Source: an uncultured virus (IMG/VR IMGVR_UViG_3300029309_000020) (taxonomy: Duplodnaviria > Heunggongvirae > Uroviricota > Caudoviricetes). From it: DNA of 20,000 nt. How positions within the stretch are numbered: the stretch's first letter is position 1; each line of letters opens with the position of its first letter. The DNA is taken from the IMG/VR virus record IMGVR_UViG_3300029309_000020, one strand, 5' to 3'. Position numbers and translations under genes: made by a program. Below, one piece after another: positions 12,387 through 20,000 of the stretch. The notes beneath the pieces were generated by a model. It saw only the letters and a program-made list of their open reading frames with translations, was not told the origin of the DNA and did not search any database.

Positions 12387-15300
12387 AATATCATCTTATG
12401 ATCAAGATTCATCGCTAAATGTAGCAGATAAGTTATTAGGTACAGATTCTGCTACAGGCGCTACTAAAAACTTTACACTTGACTCAGTACTGGGACTTGT
12501 AAATGACGGTGGGCTTGTACAGGCATTCGATGGGTCTACTTTTCAATTTACAGATTATGTAGCACCTGGTTCAAACCCACAAGGTATATTAAACCTCAAT
12601 GAAGGTACTGCAACAACTGCGGCTTTTAGTGCTATAAACCAAATTTTTATAAGTGTTAAAGATACTTCAGGTTTATCTTTAGCAGAGTATTTAGATAATA
12701 CAGCTGATGATTTTATAAAAATTAGCAAAAAAGACAACCTCAATAACTTTGGTATATTTGAGGTTACTTCAATACAAAGTTCGGGAGGCGGTCAATATAG
12801 AAAATTAATCGTTACCCCTAGAGGTACAAATGGTAACCTAACTGCAGGTGAAAAATATTTTGTAGCTAATTATTCTGCACTTTTCGATCAAGACTTTTCA
12901 GATGATGCAATTACAGAGTTTGGAGATGTAGCAAATACTTTTTTTACCGGTTCTACTGCTTCACAGTTAACAGCAGCAGGTTCTGGATCTATTATAACAA
13001 CAGCAGAAAGAACAAGTCTAACAAATTTTACAAACAACGGCCTTGTACATGGGGATGTTGTAAATAATTTAGTTACAAACGTAACAGATGTACCTCTTTC
13101 CGCAAATCAAGGATTAGTATTAAAAGGTTTAATAGACGGAATAAATACTATTCTTAATAGTGGTGATACGCAACTTGATGATCTAAATGAAATAGTTCAA
13201 TATATTAAAACTAATAGATCAACTTTAGATGCTTTGGGTATATCGACTATTCCTGGATTACAAGCTGCACTTAATGCTAAAGAAGATTCTGTAACAGGTA
13301 AAGGTCTATCAGCAAATGATTTTACAGATGCTTTACTTACTAAATTAAATGGTATAGCAGCAAATGCTGAAGTAAATATACCCCATGATTACACTACACT
13401 ATCGAATAAGCCAACTGATGTAACAAATTTAGGAATACATAATGTTACAGAATTACAAGATGTAACAAGTGCAGGCTCTGGTTCCATAATCAGTAGCACA
13501 GAAAGAGACTTAATAACGTCTACCCACGCTACTTTTATAGGTTTTTCTACCGCTGAAAGAGCTAAGCTTGCGGGTATTGATGTTAATACTAGCACTAGAG
13601 TCGTAACTGACGGCACTGACAGTATAACAATACCAACAAATACAACATATGATCTTTCTGTTCACGACAGCGGCGACGACGCAATAATTCGTTTATCAGG
13701 AAGTGATTCAACAACAGATAATGTAACACTTGAAGCAGGTAATAATATTACACTTACACCTAATTCAAGTACATTAACAATAGCGGCTAGTTTAACTACA
13801 GCTGCTGTGGCAGATGGTAGTACTAGCCTGGTAACGGGGGATCATGTGTTTGATTATGCAGATCCTAAGTTTGCAAGAAAAGACCAAGCAGAAGTATTCT
13901 CTAATAATGTAACTATAACAGGCGATTTAATTGTTTCGGGAACTACTACTACAATTAATACTGCTAACCTAAGTATTGAGGACAATATAATAGTTCTTAA
14001 TAATGGGCAAACAGGTACGCCTGCCGCGTCTTTAAGATCAGGTATTGAAATAGAAAGAGGAGACGCAGCTAACGTAAAATTACAATTCAACGAAAACACT
14101 GATAAATGGGAGTTTACAAATGATGGCTCAACATTTTATCAGTTCCCAATAACCATAGGCGACTTAGCTTCAGCTAAGCTAGAGTTAGATCACGATTTAA
14201 TAATAGATTCTAAAATAGTAACAAAGCATAGCAATACTATAAAAACTATGGCTGTTACTGTTGTAACTAAAACTGTTGCGCACCCTGCACATGGAACAGG
14301 TAGTGCTTTGGGCTATTCTATAGATGGCATAGAATCACCTGAGTTGACTTTTGCAGTAGGTAATACTTATAAGTTTGATCAAGCAGACTCAAGTAACGGG
14401 GGTCACCCATTAAGGTTTTATTATGATGAAGCAAAAACAAATGCTTATACCACTGGAATAACTACAAACGGCACACCTGGACAATCCGGTGCATATACAC
14501 AAATTATACCTACAGAATCTACACCTACAACATTATACTACCAATGTTCCGCTCATGGAAATATGGGTTGGAAGTCTGTATTCAATACAAGAAACCTAAC
14601 AGGGTTTACTACAGATAACTTAGCTGAAGGTTCATCTAATTTATATTTTACAAATGCAAGGGCAGATGGTAGGATAGCTGCCGCCTCTATAAATGCATTG
14701 TCTGACGTAGATATTTCAACAAGTGCTCCTTCTACAGGGCAAGCTCTTGTTTGGGATGGTAGCAAATTTGAGCCAGGTGCAGTTGGTAGTACACTAACTG
14801 TTAAAGACGAAAGCACAACTCTTAGCACTGCTGCTACTACATTAAAATTTGCAGGTGCGGGTGTTACAGCTTCCGGAACAGGTGCAGAAAAAACAATTAC
14901 AATACCAGGAGGAGGAACTTCTGGCATAACAGTACAAGAAGAAGGTAGCGATCTGTCTACTGCAGCTACAACCTTAAACTTTACAGGAAGTGCAGTTACG
15001 GCTTCTGGCACTGGCGCTACCAAAACAATTAATATAACAGGTGGTAGCAGCAGTGGTGGTACTGTTACTATAGAAAAAAATGTATATACAGGTGATGGCT
15101 CAGATCTTACATTTGATACAACAACGGCTATTGCTAATGAAAATAATGTACAAGTATATATAGACGGTGTTTACCAATCTAAAAATAATTATACAACAAG
15201 CGGTAGTACTGTAACTTTTGGAACAGGTAATGCTCCACCAAATGGAACGTCTGTAGAACTTATACATATGGTATCTACTTCTGGAGTTATTGCAAGAGAT

Positions 15301-16944
15301 AACTTTACTGGTGACGGTTCAACTACAGCATTTGTACTTTCTATGAGCATTTCAAATGAAAATGCTACACAAGTATACTTAGATGGTGTTTATCAAAGTA
15401 AAAACAACTACACAACTTCTGGCAGTACATTAACGTTCACTCCCACCGCACCACCGAACGGTACTGCTATAGAGGTTGTTCATATAAAAGCAGTTGCTGC
15501 TTCATCTTTAAATCAAAATAATTTTACAGGTGATGGATCTACAACAGCATTTCCATTATCGCAAAGCATTGACGATGAAGCTAAGACCTTTGTATTTATA
15601 CAGGGCGTTTATCAAGAAAAATCAACTTATAGTATATCAGGCTCAACACTAACCTTTAGCACAGCGCCACAAAACGGTTATACTGTTGAAGTTATGGCAT
15701 TTAGTACTATATCAGTTGGTAATGCTTCAGTCAGTGCGACTAGCTGGCAATCTGCTATCAAAGCATCAAATTTTACAGCAGAAAAAGGAAAAGGATATTT
15801 TGTTAATACATCAGGAGGTGCTGTGACAGTAACTTTACCTCTTAGCCCCTCGCTAGGAGATATAGTAGAAGTTTCAGATTATGGTGGTAGTTCGGCAACT
15901 AATAAAATAACTTTTACTTCATCTAATAATATACAAGGTGAATCAGGCAATAAAGTATTGGCTACAAATAATGGCTCGGTAAAACTTGTTTATTCTGACT
16001 CAACTAAAGGATGGGTTACTGCGGCAGATTCAACTGACGGATTATCAGATGTACCGGTTACTATAAATTATTTAGTAGTCGCGGGTGGCGGTGGTGGAGG
16101 TGGCCACCAAAATGCTACTGACGGCGGTGGTGGTGGCGGTGGATTAAGAACCTCTTATGGATCAAATTCAGGAGGTGGTACTGCCGCAGAAGCTGCACTG
16201 CAATTAACTCTAGCAACAAACTATACTATAACAGTAGGTGCTGGGGGATCACTTGGTTCTGGAGGCACAGCTCCTACAAATGGTGAAAACTCTAGCATAG
16301 TAGGCTCAAATATTACTGATATTATTTCCTTAGGCGGTGGTGGCGGATCAGCTAATGCAGTAAATGCATCATCTGGTGGTTCTGGAGGTGGTGGTGGTAA
16401 TGGAGGTGCACAGCCCGGGCAGGGTACATCAGGCCAGGGTTATGCTGGAGGTAGCAGTAACAATGGCCGTGGCGCTGGGGGTGGAGGTGCTGGTGCTGTT
16501 GGAGCAAACTCATCGAGTAATAATGGTGGCGCTGGTGGTATTGGTTTGGCTGTTAATATTATAAATGCAACTAATGCCGGCACTGCAAATGTTGGTGAAG
16601 TATCAAGCTCGAACGTATATTATGCTGGCGGTGGCGGTGGTGGTTCCTCTTCAGGCGCTGCATCTACCCAAGCAGCCGGAGGCCTCGGTGGCGGCGGTAA
16701 TGGTGAGTTTAATAACAATAACAATGCCACTGCTGGAGATCCTAATACAGGAGGTGGTGGTGGTGGAGCATTTACTTCAGGTGCTAAAGCCGGAGGATCC
16801 GGAGTGGTAATTTTACGCTATGCATCTACCTTAACATTAACAGCAGGGGCTGGCTTAACTCAATCAACTGGATCACCTTTTACAGAGGGATCAAATAAAA
16901 TATCTGTATTTACGGCAGGTACTGGAACAATATCACTTAATTAA
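12379..16944 (+). CDS. Large tail fibre/virion structural protein with internal repeats and C-terminal glycine-rich domain
   Basis: 1521 aa, T/G/S/N-rich. Contains SGIEIERG...WEFTNDG and GQALVWDGSKF tail-fibre motifs, internal repeats, and a terminal YLVVAGGGGGG...GGSGVVILRY domain. Confidence 0.88.
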   Translation: MARISSYDQDSSLNVADKLLGTDSATGATKNFTLDSVLGLVNDGGLVQAFDGSTFQFTDYVAPGSNPQGILNLNEGTATTAAFSAINQIFISVKDTSGLSLAEYLDNTADDFIKISKKDNLNNFGIFEVTSIQSSGGGQYRKLIVTPRGTNGNLTAGEKYFVANYSALFDQDFSDDAITEFGDVANTFFTGSTASQLTAAGSGSIITTAERTSLTNFTNNGLVHGDVVNNLVTNVTDVPLSANQGLVLKGLIDGINTILNSGDTQLDDLNEIVQYIKTNRSTLDALGISTIPGLQAALNAKEDSVTGKGLSANDFTDALLTKLNGIAANAEVNIPHDYTTLSNKPTDVTNLGIHNVTELQDVTSAGSGSIISSTERDLITSTHATFIGFSTAERAKLAGIDVNTSTRVVTDGTDSITIPTNTTYDLSVHDSGDDAIIRLSGSDSTTDNVTLEAGNNITLTPNSSTLTIAASLTTAAVADGSTSLVTGDHVFDYADPKFARKDQAEVFSNNVTITGDLIVSGTTTTINTANLSIEDNIIVLNNGQTGTPAASLRSGIEIERGDAANVKLQFNENTDKWEFTNDGSTFYQFPITIGDLASAKLELDHDLIIDSKIVTKHSNTIKTMAVTVVTKTVAHPAHGTGSALGYSIDGIESPELTFAVGNTYKFDQADSSNGGHPLRFYYDEAKTNAYTTGITTNGTPGQSGAYTQIIPTESTPTTLYYQCSAHGNMGWKSVFNTRNLTGFTTDNLAEGSSNLYFTNARADGRIAAASINALSDVDISTSAPSTGQALVWDGSKFEPGAVGSTLTVKDESTTLSTAATTLKFAGAGVTASGTGAEKTITIPGGGTSGITVQEEGSDLSTAATTLNFTGSAVTASGTGATKTINITGGSSSGGTVTIEKNVYTGDGSDLTFDTTTAIANENNVQVYIDGVYQSKNNYTTSGSTVTFGTGNAPPNGTSVELIHMVSTSGVIARDNFTGDGSTTAFVLSMSISNENATQVYLDGVYQSKNNYTTSGSTLTFTPTAPPNGTAIEVVHIKAVAASSLNQNNFTGDGSTTAFPLSQSIDDEAKTFVFIQGVYQEKSTYSISGSTLTFSTAPQNGYTVEVMAFSTISVGNASVSATSWQSAIKASNFTAEKGKGYFVNTSGGAVTVTLPLSPSLGDIVEVSDYGGSSATNKITFTSSNNIQGESGNKVLATNNGSVKLVYSDSTKGWVTAADSTDGLSDVPVTINYLVVAGGGGGGGHQNATDGGGGGGGLRTSYGSNSGGGTAAEAALQLTLATNYTITVGAGGSLGSGGTAPTNGENSSIVGSNITDIISLGGGGGSANAVNASSGGSGGGGGNGGAQPGQGTSGQGYAGGSSNNGRGAGGGGAGAVGANSSSNNGGAGGIGLAVNIINATNAGTANVGEVSSSNVYYAGGGGGGSSSGAASTQAAGGLGGGGNGEFNNNNNATAGDPNTGGGGGGAFTSGAKAGGSGVVILRYASTLTLTAGAGLTQSTGSPFTEGSNKISVFTAGTGTISLN
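14797..15036 (+). repeat. Two ~36-aa coding repeats (132-nt period)
   Basis: TVKDESTTLSTAATTLKFAGAGVTASGTGAEKTITI and TVQEEGSDLSTAATTLNFTGSAVTASGTGATKTINI. Confidence 0.85.
15085..15705 (+). repeat. Three 73-aa coding repeats (219-nt period)
   Basis: (Y/F)TGDGS..F...V(Y/F)..GVYQ.K..Y..SGST.TF..AP.NG...E; copies begin at 15085, 15304 and 15523. Confidence 0.9.
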
Positions 16945-16945
16945 T

Positions 16946-17314
16946 ATGGCACATTACGCTTTTTTAAACATGCAAAATATCGTTACTGAAGTAATAGTAG
17001 GTAAAGATGAAACCGAAGGCCCTACAAATTGGGAAATGCATTATGGTAATCTTCGTGAACAGGTTTGTAAAAGAACCTCTTATAATACATTAGCGGGGGA
17101 ACATAAACTAGGCGGCACACCATTTAGAAAAAACTATGCAGGTATAGGATATACATATGATTACGAAAAAGATGCTTTTATCCCGCCAAAGCCTTATGCT
17201 AGTTGGGCATTAGATAACAATAAGTGTATATGGGAACCACCTGTAGAATATCCCAGTGATGATAAAATATATGTGTGGAATGAAGACACTACGTCTTGGG
17301 ATGAAATAACTTAA
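16946..17314 (+). CDS. Conserved small protein accompanying glycine-rich fibre genes (possible assembly chaperone)
   Basis: MAHYAFL...TSYNT...FRKNYAGIGYTYD...DAFIPPKPYASW...W.PP..YP...Y.W.E....W. Confidence 0.8.
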   Translation: MAHYAFLNMQNIVTEVIVGKDETEGPTNWEMHYGNLREQVCKRTSYNTLAGEHKLGGTPFRKNYAGIGYTYDYEKDAFIPPKPYASWALDNNKCIWEPPVEYPSDDKIYVWNEDTTSWDEIT

Positions 17315-17315
17315 T

Positions 17316-18266
17316 ATGGCACAAACTAAAGTAAAATATCCGGGATTAATAGACTTTGAAACTATAACTGTAGATTTTTTAGTCATAGCCGGTGGCGGTG
17401 GAGGTCCCACCGGACATCAAGCTGGTGGTGGTGGCGCTGGAGGCTACAGAGCATCCTACAATAACGAACCCTCAGGAGGAGGAGCAAACTCTGAAAGCTC
17501 AATTGTTATAAATACTGACACTAACTACACTGTAACAGTTGGTGCAGGCGGAGCTGGCGGCCCAGCTTTAAATGCTATAACATCAGGCAGTTATCCTGGT
17601 AATGGTAGCAATTCGGTATTTGCAACCGTAACTTCTATAGGCGGTGGTGCAGGTGCATCTTATTGGAATGGTACTGGGCATAATAACGATGGAGATGGTG
17701 GCAACAAAGGTAGAGATGGTGGTTCTGGTGGAGGTACTGGATTAAGACAAATGAACGCTTTAGCTGGAGGTAGCGGAACTACAAATCAAGGATATGCTGG
17801 AGGTGGTAGCAATGGCAGTTATCTTTCACCTTATTCAGGAGGCGGTGGCGGTGGAGCTGGTGCTGTAGGAGTAACTACAGGTGCCTCTGGAGCACTTGGA
17901 AATGGCGGAAATGGAGTGACTTCTACTATTACAGGTTCTGCTGTAACAAGAGCCGGTGGTGGAGGTGGTGGGTGTTACGAGGGAAGCTCTTTAGCCACAG
18001 GAGGAACAGGCGGTGGAGGTGCCGGCGGAAAACTTAATACATCTACAGCAGCAACAGCAGGCGCTGTAAATACAGGTGGTGGGGCTGGGGCCGAAGGTAT
18101 TAATAATACAGCTGGCAAAGCAGGGGGCTCGGGTATTGTAATTTTAAGATACCCTAATACCCGAACAATAACTATAGGATCTGGTTTAACTGGAACAACC
18201 GCTACAGTTGGAAGTGATAAAGTAACAACATTTACGGCAGGTACTGGAAATATACAAATAAATTAA
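17316..18266 (+). CDS. Stand-alone glycine-rich adhesin-like protein, paralogue of the fibre C-terminus
   Basis: FLVIAGGGGG...YTVTVGAGG...GGSGIVILRY...FTAGTG. Confidence 0.85.
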   Translation: MAQTKVKYPGLIDFETITVDFLVIAGGGGGPTGHQAGGGGAGGYRASYNNEPSGGGANSESSIVINTDTNYTVTVGAGGAGGPALNAITSGSYPGNGSNSVFATVTSIGGGAGASYWNGTGHNNDGDGGNKGRDGGSGGGTGLRQMNALAGGSGTTNQGYAGGGSNGSYLSPYSGGGGGGAGAVGVTTGASGALGNGGNGVTSTITGSAVTRAGGGGGGCYEGSSLATGGTGGGGAGGKLNTSTAATAGAVNTGGGAGAEGINNTAGKAGGSGIVILRYPNTRTITIGSGLTGTTATVGSDKVTTFTAGTGNIQIN

Positions 18267-18268
18267 AG

Positions 18269-18613
18269 ATGGCAATAACAAAAGTAACAGGCAACGTATT
18301 ATCAGACGATTCGGTTTCTTATGACAAACTAGGCGTAGAATTTACGGCATCTTCTGCATTGTCAGGAACAGCAATAGATTGGGATGTAGCACAAGTATTT
18401 ACAAAAACTTTAAGTGGTGCAACAACATTTACGTACACTAATGATGAAATTGGTATGGTAAAAGATCTTGTTTTAACAGGTGACTATGTGATTACGTGGC
18501 CTTCAGGAACTAAAATAATAACCGGCACATATGACGGCTCTGTTCCAAACTTAATACAAGTTGTTAAAACAGCAACAGGACAATACTGGTTATCAATTTC
18601 AAAAGAAGCATAA
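18269..18613 (+). CDS. Tail-associated structural protein
   Basis: ORF track. MAITKV start typical of the module; predicted beta-rich; ITWPSG motif. Confidence 0.7.
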   Translation: MAITKVTGNVLSDDSVSYDKLGVEFTASSALSGTAIDWDVAQVFTKTLSGATTFTYTNDEIGMVKDLVLTGDYVITWPSGTKIITGTYDGSVPNLIQVVKTATGQYWLSISKEA

Positions 18614-18615
18614 TA

Positions 18616-19152
18616 ATGGTAGCAATAGAAAGAAACGGAGCAATAAAAACTTTTAATAGACTTCCAAACGAATGGAATGACGATAAGGGCTATCATATAA
18701 ATTTTAGAAAAATTACTAATAAAGAAGATTATGGTTTTTATGATGTTGTAATACCTTCACATGATTCTCTTACACAAAATTTATCTGAAATATTTTGGGA
18801 TGCTGATAATAAAGTATTTACATATACTGTAAATAATATTGATTTTGATGCAACATATACAGTTGAGGTAGAAGATGAGGAAGGAAATAAAACAGAAGAA
18901 ACAAAGCCTGTTTACGATCAAAACAAATTAAAAGCAGATATTATTTCTGAATTAAAAAATAAAGCTAATAGCATGCTGTTGCCAACTGATTGGTATGCTA
19001 ATAGAAAATCTGAATTAGGCACAGCTATACCTGATTCTGTATTAGCGTCTAGAAAATCTATTAGAGATAAAGTTGATATAATAGAAGCGCAAGTAAACGC
19101 TTTAAGCAATACAGAAAGTATAATAAAATTTACATATACTCTTACTGAATAA
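18616..19152 (+). CDS. Tail fibre assembly chaperone-like protein
   Basis: KANSMLLPTDWYANRKSE...IP......R..IR motif of phage tail assembly chaperones. Confidence 0.65.
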   Translation: MVAIERNGAIKTFNRLPNEWNDDKGYHINFRKITNKEDYGFYDVVIPSHDSLTQNLSEIFWDADNKVFTYTVNNIDFDATYTVEVEDEEGNKTEETKPVYDQNKLKADIISELKNKANSMLLPTDWYANRKSELGTAIPDSVLASRKSIRDKVDIIEAQVNALSNTESIIKFTYTLTE

Positions 19153-20000
19153 ATGTTAGGTAAAAGAATTATTAATACAGGTGGAGTTTCCTGTACTACA
19201 GATACAACCCAAATATTAGATGGAGGTACAACACAGTCTATAGCTTTATATAGATTTGAAGATAATGCTGATGACACATCTGAATCTACAGGATATATTA
19301 ATAAGGGTGCTAGATTTAATGGTAGTAGTAGTAAAATTACAGTTTCAGGCAACCCTTTTAATTTAACAACTTATAGTTTATCCTTTTGGATATATGCTAC
19401 CGATTATAATCAATCAGGCACATCAATAGTTAATATAGGGTTAGATAATACAGGCGGCACTTGGGGTGGGCTGGCTTTTGGAGTAAATGCTAATAAAGTA
19501 TTTTATTATGGTGGAGATTCAGGGTTTTTTACACAAACAGGCACAACTAATATAACAAATGCAAATTGGGTTCATGTTGCAATAGTTGTGAATGGAACAT
19601 CAATAACAGGATATATTAATGGGACACAAGACTCTGGATTATCAAAAACACTTGGTTCAAATATAGCGTATAGGGGTGGTTCTATAAATACTATAGGTGT
19701 TAGGCAAGGCGCATTTGGTTCTTATGGTTGGTGGAATGGAGATGTTGATGAACTTAGAGTATATAATGATGCACTTACCGCAGCTGAAATAGGCTATATT
19801 GCAAATAATACAACAGCTTCAATTCCTACCGCAAATTTAATAGCATTTTATTCATTTGAAGGAAATGCAAATGATTCAACATCAAATAATAACGATGGGG
19901 CAGCAATAAATGTAATATATGATTATAGCGGTACTGCATCTAACATAACTTATGCTACAGGTAAATTTGGAAAAGCTGCAGTATATAATGGAAGTAATTC
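19153..20000 (+). CDS. LamG/concanavalin A-like domain virion protein (3' end runs off the window)
   Basis: Not in the ORF track. Manual translation MLGKRIINTGG...ALYRFEDNADD...ARFNGSSSKI...SLSFWI...NWVHVAIV...YING...WNGDVDELRVYNDALTAAEI. Open to the window edge. Confidence 0.88.
   Translation, partial: MLGKRIINTGGVSCTTDTTQILDGGTTQSIALYRFEDNADDTSESTGYINKGARFNGSSSKITVSGNPFNLTTYSLSFWIYATDYNQSGTSIVNIGLDNTGGTWGGLAFGVNANKVFYYGGDSGFFTQTGTTNITNANWVHVAIVVNGTSITGYINGTQDSGLSKTLGSNIAYRGGSINTIGVRQGAFGSYGWWNGDVDELRVYNDALTAAEIGYIANNTTASIPTANLIAFYSFEGNANDSTSNNNDGAAINVIYDYSGTASNITYATGKFGKAAVYNGSN

Noticed and set aside
16060..18266. Diversity-generating retroelement TR/VR pair
   Set aside because: Differences between paralogues are not adenine-specific, both copies are coding, and there is no reverse transcriptase in the window.
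7720..19352. Minus-strand or off-frame track ORFs in the right arm (7720, 8070, 8081, 8536, 8887, 10421, 12555, 13389, 13854, 14553, 16364, 16565, 17210, 18484, 18918)
   Set aside because: Antisense or frame shadows of recognisable plus-strand genes.
1..20000. Stop-codon reassignment explaining the many short ORFs
   Set aside because: Ligase, GroEL and fibre genes are full-length in the standard code, and most short ORFs end in TAA or have coupled start/stop overlaps.

Overview
This AT-rich window looks like part of a tailed dsDNA phage genome, probably aquatic. A Bacteroidota host is inferred from A-rich leaders lacking Shine-Dalgarno sequences. Two divergent arms flank a non-coding AT-rich spacer (~6520-6980). 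The left arm (minus strand, 1-6515) is an early/host-takeover region. It holds many tiny, often acidic ORFs (one resembling the Ocr DNA mimic), a DksA/TraR-type C4 zinc finger, a 36-aa HTH, an ATP-dependent DNA ligase, a 3D-domain protein and a sigma70-family factor cut by the window edge. It also has four copies of a fixed-spacing promoter-like motif (ATACGTTACA-N13-WGTGATAATA). The right arm (plus strand) has membrane/holin-like genes, a run of very basic small proteins, groEL then groES, a winged-helix-like protein and tail-fibre/adhesin genes (1521-aa repeat protein, glycine-rich paralogue, chaperone-like genes, LamG protein). The most unusual signal is two anticodon-less tRNA-like elements in the left arm. 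One (3280-3371) resembles only the tRNA-like domain of tmRNA, with a G3-U70 pair. The other (5298-5341) is a 44-nt acceptor-plus-T-arm element. Both end in A-CTA and lie 13-14 nt upstream of a start codon. All family assignments come from motif recognition by eye; no searches were run.
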